Source: Cyanophora paradoxa CCMP329 (Eukaryota; Plantae; Glaucophyta). Taken from it: a stretch of DNA of 64,000 nt. Every line of letters starts with the position of its first letter. Position 1 is the first letter of the stretch. Where the stretch lies: positions 1-64,000 of the forward strand of contig QPMI01000290.1 of NCBI GenBank assembly GCA_004431415.1. Reading direction: 5' to 3'. The notes beneath the pieces are model-generated. The model saw only the letters and a list, made by a program, of their open reading frames with translations, had not been told where the DNA came from and searched no databases. Below are positions 50,943 to 63,793 of the stretch, in pieces. Position numbers and translations under genes: made by a program.

Positions 50943-52326
50943 ATGCTGCCTACGCCGAGCTTCTCCGGGAGCCGTGCGCGTTCGTCGTATACGTGTCCTT
51001 GCTCCCTCTATCTAACGCGCACGCTCAGACCGACTCTCTGGCTCGCAGCAGCATGAACCTTCGCTCGAGTCGCGCGCGAGGTCAGAAGTTTACGCATGCG
51101 CATCCATCTGCAGCAGGTTGGAATTCTCAACCGGCACGCAGCGATTACGAGCTGGTGTGTAAGCTTGACGACGTGAAAACGATCTCGAAGGCCCTTGCAG
51201 CTGTTCAGTGGAAGAAGGACCAGGTTGGCATACGTGCTTGTGTGAGTTCGAATTCGCCCCCAGCTGAAATGTTTGTAGATTGCGAGCGTGCATATCACGA
51301 AGAATGGCTTGAGATTTACTGTGGAGGAAGGGCGCTGCGTGCAGTGTCGGGCTTTCTTTCAGCACAACATATTTGCGAAGTTTGCTGATAGGGCAGTGCA
51401 TCTCGTCTGTTCTCACTGCACCACAGTTTCCACTTCCGAAAGGACCAACTGGACTTCCGAATAAATCTGAATATGCTTCTTGAATGCCTGAACATCTTTC
51501 AAGGCGCTTCCTCTCTCGAGATGGTGTACGCTGGGCAAGGCCACCCGTTGTCACTTTTGTGAGCTAGAAGTCTAATTGAGAAGATATACCTCTTACTAAC
51601 GCTGTGCAGACTGACGGAGGGTGAGACTGTGTCGGAGTGCGGTTTGCGGACTCTGCAGCCTGGCCTGGAGATGGACCTTTCCTTTCGACGAGTGCCAATC
51701 CAGAACAAGGCGACTCTGAATGCAAGCGAATACTCATTTCATTGATCAAAACTCTAAGTTCACGCTTACCGCCCGTCAGTCTGAGATATTGAAGGAGGCC
51801 TTTCAAGATCTCGAGCCTTATGGTGGTGCTCCAGACACCCCTGTCACAGTATGCATGTCCCCAGACTCGCCGTTTCTCAAGATAAGCACCTCAAGTCCAT
51901 ATGGGGACTTCGATGTATGTGATCATGATATGATAAAATAGCGTCATCTGTGCTCATCCATAGCAGGCGGAGTTCCCAATGCTGAATGATCGGGATCAGT
52001 TTATGGAGTTTGAGTCGCAAACTACTCAGACATTCAGGTTTGCATCACTACGTGCTCATTGCTGCCACGAAGAGTTCACTTACCACGGGGATTAGCTATC
52101 AACTTTCTATGATGCAGCCCAGCATCAAGGCACTCTCATCATCGACATATACTAAAATAAGAATCAATGCTGAAGGAGTTCTCAGCATGCAGCATGTGCA
52201 TCCTTTATTCCCATCTCAATGCGACCTGAGGTGCCCGGAGCTAATATCTCAAACCAGATGATTCAGGCGTCAGAAACAGCGCCAGCAGTCTTTGTCGACT
52301 TCCTCATCCTTCCAAACGAGGAGTGA
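50943..52326 (+). CDS. RAD1: Rad1 subunit of the 9-1-1 DNA-damage checkpoint clamp
   Basis: Spliced: LVCKLDDVKTISKALAAVQWKKDQ|IASVHITKNGLRFTVEEGRCVQCRAFFQHNIF...SEILKEAFQDLE...YQLSMMQPSIKALSSSTYTKIRINAEGVLSMQH|MI...FVDFLILPNEE*. Confidence 0.88.
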
Positions 52327-52705
52327 CAGATTGGAGTGACAAAATGCATATTGCTCTTTCAAAGCTACGGGCCCAGCACCCGGGACTCCTCCCTCCACGC
52401 TTGAACAAAACGGCCCATGCCTGTGAGGGAGGGCCGGGGGCGCCCCGTTTCAAAATCCCCCCCCCCCCCCCCCCCCCCCCTCCACCCCCCGTCCCCAGCA
52501 CGTGTTGGGGCCGCACGTAGTCAAAAAAGCATCTCGACGCGTACTGAAACTGCATGTCCAGGCTACAAGTGTGGAATCAACCTCCGCAGCTGCAGCTGCG
52601 GGCCCAGCCCACCAGCAAGTGCTAGCTGGCAGGCCGGGCTCTGATCATGACCTGACAAGCCAGGCCCTGCGTGGCCCCCCATATATATAGTACTAGTAAT
52701 ATTGG

Positions 52706-55580
52706 TTTTTTGGTTCGGTGAACGGCTGCCTGGTGGCCGGGGGCGCCTGGTTCTGCCTCTTCTTCCTGCCTCGCGCCAAAATCACTCAAGTACGCGGTGC
52801 CCGCAAATTAGTAAAGACGGGCTGCGTCCAGCGCCGAGCAGCGGACACAGATCGTCGTGTATGTACACGCCGTCTTCTACTCCCTACTTTACACATTGGT
52901 CGTCATTGCGTCGCTTTCCAAGCCAGGCGCGGTTTCCAATCTCGCAGACTTGAACTCCTTCGATGGCGTTCATCGACTTCTGGCCAGCGAGGATGTAAGC
53001 TCATAATTCTTTCGAGTCGTAATCAAAGACGCTCAACCCCTGAGGGCCTAATTTTACAAACGTAATCGTAATCAAAGACGCCCATGGCCAACCAAACCTG
53101 CTCAACCAAATAAAAAGAAACCAATGCTTTGGAAACTCCCCCGCAGACGACGCTTGCTGCGTGGGTACACTACGTTGTTTTCGATGTCTGGGTAAGTTCT
53201 GATAGCGAAATGTATACGCACAACACATGCTTTCCATGAACGCCTTTTTCAGATTGCAAAGTGGATCTCCGACGACTCCTCCCGCCGTGGGATATCTCAT
53301 TTTGTGGTGGTACCGTGCTTCTTCTTGACCATGATGGTTGGTCGTGCTGGATTGTTGCTGTACCTTGCTATTCGGACAATCCTTGGGCGCTCTGGCGAGC
53401 AGCAGGCGAGCAGGACAGACAAGAAGGACTAGGGGTTGAGCATCTGGACACGTACTAAAATCGTGAGTCCGGGACACAAGTGTACATGTACACATGTGGT
53501 AATGTACACTGCAGCCGCCGCAGCTGCGGGCCCAGCCCACCACCGGCCGGTACCAGCAAGCTGGCGATGGCCGTCCGAGCTCAAGCCAGGCCCTGTGTGG
53601 CCCCCCTATAGTAATGCGCCTCCCCCACGGAAACAGAGTAGTCGAAAGAGTAGTATAGGCCGGAGTAGTCGAAATAGGCCGGAAACAGAGAATTCGAATT
53701 CGAAGTGGGACAGGAACGCTGATGCACTGCCCGCCCCCCCCCCACCCCCCCCCCCCCCCCCGCCGCCCCCCCCCTGCTCCCCCCCTGAGCTCGAGCGGTC
53801 CAGTGTTTGTGAAAGTTTACTATCCCCGGGCACCCTGAAAGCTTTCCCAAAGGATTGCGAAAGGAAAGCTTTCTTCCGAGCTCAGGCCGAGTCTCCTGCA
53901 GCCCGGCAGTGCCCGTTATCGTTATCGAAATTCGGATGTGTACTTCCAGTCGTAATCGTAACCGACCTCAATGGATTGCAGCTAGGCTGCTGGTCTGCAT
54001 GATGCGCTGACCACCGTCGAGGCAAATGCATATAGCACTCATTCGCGAGGGCATCGAATATTCATTTCCCCCAAACCTGGAGGAATGCTTCTGCGGAAAC
54101 CGCTTCTCCCCTCTTCCGCCGTTGTCTGTTGATCATCTGTATGATGAAATGAGCGCTAGCGTTTGCGTGGTGTTTCGTAGGGAGCGCCAGCACACCTCAA
54201 GCGTCGGCATTATCGGAATGATCAGGTTGCCGTGGTAGGAGTCCTGCGCCGAGTAGTAGCCAGTTTTCGTTTGGACGTACTGCAGAAGCTGCGCAGGCGC
54301 ACAATATGTTCCGTTAACGTTATCATCGGCTCGGATTACATAATCTCATTTAACGCACCTCCTTCTTGGCCTGCTGAAGCTTATCTGCGACCTGCTGCCG
54401 CCGCTCCTGCTCCAGCTGCCGCCGGACGTTGTCTGTCTCTGGAGCCGCCGCGACGTTATCGTCTTGCTCCATGCGTAGAGCTTTAAGCCTACATCCGGCG
54501 CTCCACGCGCTCGAGCCAGCGCGGAAAGAGAGAGAGAGCAAGTAAAAGACACTCCCAGGACTCGAACTCGAGTCTGGGTGGTGGTAGCGCCCTAAGCGCT
54601 GGCGAGTGGGGGTACGCGGTCCCGCCGCCTGTGCTGAGAGCTCGAGCGCCGCTAGCCACACGCGTACGCGCGAGTGAGCCGCTAAATACCATCTTTCGCA
54701 CATTACCCGCAGCAATGCCAATCCCGCACATTCCTCTTTCGGACCGCGAGCTTTTTGGTTCGGTGAACGGCTGCCTGGTGGCCTGGTTCTGCCTCTTCTT
54801 CCTGCCTCGCGCCAAAATCACTCAAGTACGTGGTGCCCGCAAATTAATAAAGACGGGCTGCGTCCAGCGCCGAGCAGCGGACACAGATCGTCGTGTATGT
54901 ACACGCCGTCTTCTACTCCCTACTTTACACGTTGGTCGTCATCGCGTCGCTTTCCAAGCCGGGCGCGGTTTCCAATCTCGCAGACTTGAACTCCTTCGAT
55001 GGCGTTCATCGACTTCTGGCCAGCGAGGATGTAAGCTCATAATTCTTTCGAGTCGTAATCAAAGACGCTCAACCCCTGAGGGCCTAATTTTACAAACGTA
55101 ATCGTAATCAAAGACGCCCATGGCCAACCAAACCTGCTCAACCAAATAAAAAGAAACCAATGCTTTGGAAACTCCCCCGCAGACGACGCTTGCTGCGTGG
55201 GTACACTACGTTGTTTTCGATGTCTGGGTAAGTTCTGATAGCGAAATGTATACGCACAACACATGCTTTCCATGAACGCCTTTTTCAGATTGCAAAGTGG
55301 ATCTCCGACGACTCCTCCCGCCGTGGGATATCTCATTTTGTGGTGGTACCGTGCTTCTTCTTGACCATGATGGTTGGTCCTGCTGGATTGTTGCTGTACC
55401 TTGCTATTCGGACAATCCTTGGGCGCTCTGGCGAGCAGCAGGCGAGCAGGACAGACAAGAAGGACTAGGGGTTGAGCATCTGGACACGTACTAAAATCGC
55501 GAGTCCGGGACACAAGTGTACATGTACACATGTGGTAATGTACACTGCAGCCGCCGCAGCTGCGGGTCCAGCCCACCAGC
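52706..55580. repeat. Near-identical direct repeat pair of about 840 bp (about 52706-53543 and 54752-55580)
   Basis: Both copies run from tttttggttcggtgaacggctgcc to gcagctgcggg(c/t)ccagcccacc and differ by a few SNPs and one short indel. Related shorter modules lie at about 52535-52615, 55680-55775 and 56105-56160. Confidence 0.9.
53968..54472 (-). CDS. Small spliced hypothetical ORF of about 100 aa, possibly a truncated gene fragment
   Basis: Exons 54472-54359, 54288-54196 and 54136-54077 are joined by phase-0 GT-AG introns of 70 and 59 nt: MEQDDNVAAA...QQAKKE|LLQYVQTKTGYY...MPTLE|MINRQRRKRGEAVSAEAFLQ|...IH*. Confidence 0.45.
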
Positions 55581-55874
55581 GAGCTGGCCAGCTGGGCTTG
55601 TGTGGCCCCGTAAGGAGAGCAAATGTGCCTCCCTGCGGACACTATCTAGACTCGCCGAGTCGATCTCTGTTTCGCATTTGGACACGTACTTAAACGCAGG
55701 TCCGGGCTACAAGTGTGGGAATGTACACAGCGGCCGCCGCGGCCGGGTCCAGCCCACCAGCGAGCTGGCCGGCCGGACCCTGCGTATACGTACGCATGAA
55801 GACCGAACGTCGACCCTGAGCGTTGAAACCAGCCACGTGCACGCAATCAGAGACCGTCGGACTAGCAATATTAA

Positions 55875-56050
55875 TCGTCATCGCAAATCCGAGAGCTAGG
55901 GCCTCATCGCCAATCGCGATCGTAGTCGCAAATCCGAGACGGCCTCATCGCCAATCGCAATCACAAATCCGAGACGGCCTCATATGCATCGCCAATCGTA
56001 GTCGTAAATCATTGAATCCGAGCTCGAGACGGCCTCATCGTAACCGTAAT
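55875..56050. repeat. Degenerate tandem repeat (atcgccaatcgc...aaatccgagacggcctc), about 4 units
   Basis: Recurrent aaatccgagacggcctcatcgccaatcg blocks. Confidence 0.7.
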
Positions 56051-56264
56051 TCAAAGATGCCCGCGTTTGCCCGCCCCGTCCCGCCCCGCCCCGCCCCGCC
56101 GCGGCCGCTGCAGCTGCTGAGCCGGGGGCCCAGCCCACCAGCGAGACTCGATCTCTGTTTCGATTTCGACAGTAGTTTACTCATTGTAGATGAGTGCTGA
56201 TAGCTGCTACCAAACATCACGTGTCACGCTCATGCATGCGCATGGTCATGGCCAGCACTTGCGA

Positions 56265-57070
56265 TCAAGCAGCATCATCACTTGCAACGTCTATGCCAAG
56301 CTGAGAGAGAAGAGAGAGAACTGCTTCATTGTCGGGGTCAATGTCGATAGCCTGCAGGAATGTGGTCAAGTTGTCGTTGAGGATGCAAAAATCTGCACGG
56401 CAGATAACCTTCTCATAAGCTTCGATGGCCTTCTCAAATTTCCCCAGTGCACGGTAGAAATCACCAGCGTAGACATGAGCAGGCACAAAATCTTCGACGA
56501 GCCTCTGCGCTTCCAATGCGTCCGCCAACGCGTCTTCATATCGTTCCATCGTAGCTAGCACAGCGGCACGGTTCAGCAGCAGGATCTCTAATTTTGGTGG
56601 AGACGTGTTGATGCTCTATGTAGCGATCAATATTGACCGATCGGCTTGCGGGCGATGATCACCTCTGTAAATGCATCGAGTGCCTCTAGCAACCTCCCTT
56701 CGGCGAACGCGGCCGCTCCTCTCTCGGCGAGCATTTTTGCGTTGTCGTTCGTATTGTTTCCGCCTGGAGCGGTTGCAGCGACGGTGCACGGGGAAGCGTG
56801 AATAGTTCGAAGGTTTGTGTCTTGCACAGAGGCGGGCCGGATCGCATGGAATCGCCCGGTGCGACTCGAGGTCCAGCGCGAGCTGCGGATTTCGAGGGCC
56901 GCCCGAAATCTGTTGCAAGGTCGCTCGAGCGTGCTACCGTAACGCTCGGCGCCATTTGCCGCCGCTGCCCTCGTCCTGCACAGGGGCGGCCGAACGAGAG
57001 CGCCCGCTGCTTGGCTGGTCGAAGCGAGAGGGGCGCACGTTGCGGGTGCGGCGAAGCCAATGCGTAGCAT
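56265..57070 (-). CDS. TPR-repeat protein with a putative plastid transit peptide
   Basis: AKMLAERGAAAFAEGRLLEALDAFTEVI, LLLNRAAVLATMERYEDALADALEA, AHVYAGDFYRALGKFEKAIEAYEK|AIDIDPDN; Ser/Arg/Ala-rich N-terminus MLRIGFAAP. Confidence 0.8.
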
Positions 57071-57331
57071 CTATGCGCGACCGCGCGTCAGCGACTCTGA
57101 ATAGCGACCGAGAAAGGCTTGCGTACTTCGGGAGACGAGTGGCCGAGCGACAACCACTCCGGGATAGCCTGGAGGGCCGTAACGTGCCAGACGCAGCGCT
57201 TTAACGCGACAACGCGGCTGAACGCGCCGTCAACGCGGAGAGAGGGGGGTACGGGGCGCTTAGGGCAAGTATCTCGGATCGGGCGGCTTGTTCGGTCGTT
57301 GGTTCGTTCGTGTCAGCAGCCTTAACCAACG

Positions 57332-59024
57332 ATGGACACCGCGTTCGCGCTCGCCGTTCCGGCGACGACCCGCCCGGCGCCGGTCTCGCGCTCGTTCGGC
57401 CTTCGCCCGGCGGCGAAGGATCTGCGCTCGGCGCAGAGCGGCGCTTTCGGGGCGAAGGCCACCGTTGTCGCCAAGCGGGAGCAGCCCAGCACCCGCTTCT
57501 CCGTGTCGGCCTCGTTCAGCACCGCAAAGTCGGACGAGATCTTCAAGCGGGCCCAGGAGATCATGCCTGGCGGCGTTAGCTCGCCTGTGCGTGCGTTCAA
57601 GTCTGTCGGCGGCGGTCCTATTGTGTTCGACCGCGTCAAGGGCCCGTACGCGTGGGACGTCGACGGCAACAAGTACATCGACTACATTGGCTCGTGGGGC
57701 CCGGCGATCTGCGGCGCGACCAACGACGAGGTCACCGCGGCGCTCAAGGCTCAGATTGAGAAGGGCACGAGCTTCGGTGCGCCCTGCGCTCTGGAGAACG
57801 TGCTCGCGGAGGCGGTGATCGACGCGGTGCCGTGCGCGGAGATGGTCCGCTTCGTCAACTCGGGCACGGAGGCGTGCATGTCGGTTCTGCGCCTCATGCG
57901 CGCGTACACCAAGCGTGAGAAGATCATCAAGTTCGAGGGCTGCTACCACGGCCACGCGGATATGTTCCTCGTGAAGGCCGGCTCGGGTGTCGCCACCCTT
58001 GGCCTCCCCGACTCGCCCGGCGTGCCGAAGACGACCACCGCGGCCACCCTCACCGCTCCCTACAACGACCTCGCGGCCGTCCGCGCCCTCTTCGAGGCGA
58101 ACAAGGACGAGGTCGCCGGTGTCATCCTGGAGCCCGTCGTCGGCAACGCCGGCTTCATCACCCCGGCACCCGGCTTCCTGCAGGGCCTCGTCGACCTGTG
58201 CCACGAGTACGGCGCCCTCTGCTGCTTCGACGAGGTCATGACCGGCTTCCGCATCTCGTCCGCCCCCCGCGCCGCCCCCCGCGCCCCCGCGCCTCACCGG
58301 CATTTCTTTTCCGCGGCGCAGCTACGGCGGCGCTTCGAAGCACTTCGGCGTGACCCCCGACCTGACCACGCTCGGCAAGGTCATCGGCGGCGGGCTGCCG
58401 GTCGGCGCGTACGCAGGCCGGAAGGAGATTATGCAGATGGTCGCCCCCGCGGGCCCCATGTACCAGGCGGGCACCCTCTCGGGCAACCCCCTCGCCATGA
58501 CCGCCGGCATCAAGACCCTTGAGATCATGAAGGCGCGCCCCGCGTGCGCCCCGCTACCCCCACCGCCCCTTACGCGCCGCGCAGCGCCCCGGCCAGTACG
58601 AGGAGATGACGCGCAAGACGGAGAAGCTGATCAACGGGATCCTCGACGCGGGCCGCGAGGCCGGCCACGAGATCTGCGGCGGCTCCATCTCTGCCATGTT
58701 CGGCTTCTTCTTCTGCAACGGTCCGCGCCCCATGCCGCCCCGCGCGCCCCGCGCCGCCCCGCGCCGAGGCGGGCGGGGCAGGCCCGATCCGGAACTTCGA
58801 GGACGCCAAGGCGTCGGACACGGCCAAGTTCGCGCGCTTCCACCGCGCGATGCTGGAGCGCGGCATCTACCTCGCCCCGTCCCAGTTCGAGGCCGGCTTC
58901 ACCGGCATCCAGGTGCCCCGTCCTCACCGCTGCCCGCGCCGCCCCGCCGAGCGCCGCGCAGCACTCGGACGAGGACATCGAGCGGACCATCGCCGTCGCC
59001 CGCGAGTGCATGAAGCTCATCTAA
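57332..59024 (+). CDS. hemL: Glutamate-1-semialdehyde 2,1-aminomutase, plastid-targeted
   Basis: [60 protein letters not shown] (PLP Lys), [26 protein letters not shown]; transit peptide [10 protein letters not shown]. Confidence 0.98.
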
Positions 59025-59385
59025 CCCGCCCGCCCCCGACCGTACCCCTCCCGACGACCTCTCAACCCGCCCTCCCCTAGGCCCCCATTGTCCCTGTCCT
59101 TGTCCCTGTCCAATTGCAACTCCATAACAAAGTCCGACCGACAACTCGAAGCCCAGAGTTCACCCTCAACCGAGTCAGAACCGGAAGTCCAACCCCACCC
59201 AATTCCAACCCCAAATGAAACTTCGACTCTTTAATCAAAGTCCGACCGTCGGACCCCCATTAGGGTACTAGCTCAACCCCCAAGGAGGGCCAGCCATGCG
59301 CAGAAAAGCCGCCGGGGGGCCGAATTCGAAATCTTGAAGCTCAAGCGTAAGGCAAGGGATTGAAATGGCATCGAATGGCGTGGGG

Positions 59386-59418
<33 letters not shown>

Positions 59419-59435
59419 GCAAGAGAGCGACCTCC

Positions 59436-62030
59436 CTACCCCAACAGCCCGGGGACAAGAAAGCCACCGCCCTCCAGCACCCCGTCCGGGGTCTCGGCCG
59501 GGGGCTCGGGGGCTGGCTCGTCCTCCTCGGTCGGGGGCGAGGGGGGTCCCTCGGGGAAGGCGGGCCGCGGGGGCGTGGCAGCTTCCGTCCCGCTCCCGTC
59601 CCCCTCCTCCTCGGTCGTGTCGCCGCCCTCGCGCTCGCCCTCGCGCTCGGGGAAGATGGGCGGCCGATCGCTCTCGACGCCCAGGAGCTGCCGGTGGATG
59701 AACTGGAAGGGGCTCATCGGCTGCGGCCCCGCCCCCTGCGCCTGCAGCCGCCGCCGGTACTCGCTGTAGCGCAGCAGCATGTTGAAGAGCGAGCCTGAGG
59801 GGCGCTCAGGGCGGGGCGGGGCGGGGCGGGCGGGGCGGGCGGGCCGACGGTGGCCTCCTCCTCGGCGAGGATGCGGTGGATGGTGTGGGCGCGCTCCGCG
59901 AGGGCGGCGTCGCGGAAGGTGAAGTACTCGAGGTCGCGCCCCGCCTGGCACGCCGCCATCGCCTGGATCAGGAACTTCAACTCCCGGTCCCCGTTGAAGG
60001 CGCCTCCGCCCCAGTTCCCTGCCCCCCGCTCGCCGCACCCAACGAGGGGCGGGGGCAGGGGCGGCGGACCGGTGGCGATGGGCTGCGCGTTGGCGTCGGG
60101 GCCGAGGGCCTCCCAGGGGAGGAAGCCGGCGAAAGCCTTATCGAGCTCCCGCCGCACGTGCTCCTCCCGGAACTGCCGCCACGCCGCGTGCCGCCTGCCG
60201 CCCCTTCGCCCCCCCGCGCCGCGGGGCACGCGGCGGCCTCGCGCACGGGTAGTGCTCCGCGTCGATGGCGACGATGTACGACCGCACGCGCCCCGCCTCG
60301 TCTCTGCGGCGCACTCGGCGTCGGCGGCGGCGGCCCCGGCGGCAGCCCCGGCGGCGGTGCGGGACGGGCTCAGGGCGCACAGAGGAGGGGGCGCCTCGGG
60401 CCGCTCGACGTGCTCGAACGACGAGGCGTAGCTGCGGCGCACGCTCGGCGGGCGGTCCGCTCAAGGGGCGCCTCGCGCCGGCGCACCCGCTGTAGTTGCT
60501 GACGCGTTCGGCGCCGGCGATGAGAATCGCCTCATTGTCCTGCGGGGCGCGTGAGGGGCGGGGCGGGGCGGGGCGGGGCGGGGCGGGCGCGCGTCCATGG
60601 CGGCGCAAAGGAGGAGGCTGACGAGGCACTCCGGGTTGATCATGAAGCGGATCTCCTCCTGCACGCACCCCTGCCCCCGCCCGCGTCGGGCCCACGTCGG
60701 CCCCGCCCGCGCGCCGCCGCACCCTCGAAAGCGCGCCGCCGCCGATGAAGCTGGGGGCGGGGTCGGGGCGGGCGTGCGGCAGGGGCGGGGCGGGGGCACC
60801 GGTTGGCAAAGTCGACGTGGAGGGCGCCGGGGGCCGAGTCCTCGATGGTCCCCTCCGTGCTCACGTCGACGCGGCAGCCGCCGAGCGGCCGGTCGCTCGC
60901 CTCCCACACCGGCAGCGCCCGGCGCGCCAGGGCCCGCCGGTGGAAGCTCACGAAGCCGCGGGGCGGAGCGCCGGCGAGGGCGCGCCGGAAGTAGGCGAGG
61001 AGGCAGCGGAGCTTGCCGATCGTGTTGGGGGCGCACGCCATGGCCCCTTCCGACGAGCGGCGGTAGAGCCCGGCGAACGAGAATGCGGGGAACTCGTGCG
61101 AGCCGCCGCCGGCGCGCTGCAGCCGCGGGGCCGCGGGGACGATGCAGAAGAAGGCGCAGGCGAGCAGCGAGGCGGCCTGCTCCCGCGTGACGCGCACCTC
61201 GCCGCTCTCCTGCACGAGCAGCAGCCGCAGCTCCTCGCCGCACACCTGCGGCAGCCGCAGCGCCGCCCGCTGAATCGCCGGCAGCGTCTCCCTGAAGAAC
61301 GTCTGTCGCTCCTCGGCGGAGAGGGCGTCCCTCAGGAACCTGCCCCGCGTCATGGCGCAGCGCCAGCGACGGCGCCGGCGTGCCGCACGATGCGAGGCCG
61401 CTGAGATCCAGCGGCTTCTTAGCGTGGAGCTGGGAGAACGTAATCAGGAGCTTCTCAACCGTCCTGATCTCTTTCTTCAGCTCCTCTTCGTAGACGGTCC
61501 AGCACTGGCGATAGATTGGCGGATCCGAGTCCCTCACCCTGGCGGGGCCTAAGTCTTACGAAGCTTGCGCCACCGCATGGCCGCAGACCTGAATTTGTTC
61601 TGTGGGTTGTGCGGTAGCCGAGCGTACGCGCTGCCTGCGCTCGACTGATCGCGCGCGGGTGTCGACGGCCCTGAAGCGCGGCTACTGGAGGCGGCAGAAG
61701 CGCGGCTGCTGGAGGCTGCAGGCTGCTGGGGCGGCTGCGCCGAACCCCGATACGCGAGAGTGGCGGGCTTCAATCGACACGACATGTCTCCGGCTTCGAA
61801 TTCGGGGCTGTCGACGTCCTCGATGGGATCGCTGTCGTCCAGGCTCTGCACGCCGGACGGCTGAGGCGTGCGATTAACCGGAGCCGGTGATTCCGCGGGG
61901 GCAGGTTCCCGGTCGCGGGGACGCTTCTTTTCGTTAGCTGCGTAAGCGTGTAAGGTGCGTACGCGTGGAAGGCTTGATCTTGCTACAGCTCACGTCTGAA
62001 GAATCTCAGAATGCTCTGCTGTTGCGACAT
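59436..62030 (-). CDS. PARG: Poly(ADP-ribose) glycohydrolase
   Basis: LHVDFAN, FIGGGALSR|GCVQEEIRFMINPECLVS (GGG-x-QEE catalytic motif), RRELDKAFAGF, IATGNWGGGAFNGDRELKFLIQAMAA; ATG at 62030 gives MSQQQSILRFF. Confidence 0.95.
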
Positions 62031-62222
62031 GACGGGGCTCTGTATCCAGCTGCGGCGCTCATACGATCGTCTGACCGCCTCCCCCAGCCGACCCGAAGCG
62101 ACTCAGCGCAAATCGTGCTGTTCTAAACACGCGCAGCAGGCGCCGCTCCGCGGGTTTTCGAACACCGGCAAAGTCGAAGCTTCACTCCTGTACCCAGTAC
62201 GGCCACCTTTTCACATCCCAAG

Positions 62223-63793
62223 ATGGCAGCCCCCGTCGGCGAGGTTCCTGCGAACGCAAACGAGCGTGCGCACCCTATCCTCTCCCCCGCCGCCCCCGCG
62301 CCCCGGCGACGTCCAATGACGCGCTTTTCCCTTCCGACGTCGCCGACGCCCCTTGACGGCGGCCGCGTGCGCAGACTGCCCGGGAACGCAATCAGATGAA
62401 GCAGGGAAGTCCGCGGCGTGCGCCGGATGCCCGAATGCCTCCATCTGCAAGACAATGCCGAAAGGCCCTGACCCCTGTGAGCTCGCCGCCGCGTTCGCGG
62501 TGCTCCTGAGCTAATGCGCACGCGTACGGTATTTTGCAGCGGTCACCGAGGTCGGCTCCAAGCTTGCCATTGTGAAGCACAAGTTGCTGGTGCTTTCGGG
62601 CAAAGGCGGCGTAGGGAAGAGCACATTCGCCACGCAGCTGGCATACGCGCTCTCCAGCATGGAGAAGCAGGTGAGAATATTGTGCGGTGCATGCAGTGAC
62701 CGGCTGACGCCATTGCGAAGGTCGGGCTTCTTGACGTGGACATCTGCGGGCCGAGCGTGCCGCGGATGACGGGAACTGAGGGCGAGGAGGTGCACCAGAG
62801 CGCACAGGGATGGTCGCCCGTGTACGTGGATGAGCGCCTGGGCGTGATGTCCATCGGCTACATGCTCCCGAACCTCGACGACGCTGTCATCTGGCGCGGT
62901 CCCCGCAAGAACCAGCTTATCAAGCAGGTGCCGTCGCCGATCGGAGGGCCCACATTGCGTCGCTCATCACCGCGCGGCGCAGTTTCTGAAGGACGTGCAC
63001 TGGGGCGAGGAGGGGCTGGACTTCCTCATCGTCGACACGCCCCCCGGCACCTCCGACGAGCACCTCTCCCTCGTGACTTATCTGAAGGCCCGCGCCGCCC
63101 GCCCGCCCGCCGCCACCGCCCGGGCGCGTGGCTGAGGGGCGCTGGCAGGAGTCGGAGGTGGACGGGGCGATCATCGTGACGACGCCGCAGGAGGTCTCCC
63201 TGAGCGACGTGCGGAAGGAGATCAACTTCTGCAAGAAGACCGGCATCCCCATCATCGGCCTCGTCGAGAACATGAGCGGCTTCGTGTGCCCCCACTGCAA
63301 CGTGCGCGGCGCCCCTCCCGGCGCCGCGCCGCGCGTGCCGATGGGGGCGGCAGTGCGGGACGGACATCTTCGTGGGAACGACGGGCGGCGGCAAGAAGGT
63401 GGCGGAGGACTACGGGATCCCCTTCCTGGGCCGCCTGCCCCTGGACCCGAGCCTGGTGCAGGCCTGCGAACAGGGCAAGTCCTTCTTCGAGCCCGGCGCC
63501 CCCGACACGCAGGGCCGCACCGCCTTCAAGGCCGTCGTCGCCCGTGCGCCGCCCCCGCGCTGCCCGCCCCCCGCCGCCCACCCCGCCCCGCAGGCATCAT
63601 TGAGGAGATCGAGCTCGTCAACCCCGAGGCCGGCTCCGGCGGCTGCGGCGCCGGCGCCTGCGGCCGCGGCGCGTGCGGCGGCGCCGGCTGCAGCGCCGCC
63701 AAGGCGGCCGGTGGCTGTGGCGCCGCGAAGGCGGCCGGCGGCTGCGGCCGCGCTGGTGGCTGCTGCGGCGGTGGCGGCTGCGGCCGTGCCTGA
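62223..63793 (+). CDS. NUBP1: Cytosolic Fe-S cluster assembly factor NUBP1/Nbp35
   Basis: VPANANE|HCPG...[11 protein letters not shown]-terminal cluster motif, [54 protein letters not shown]. Confidence 0.96.
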
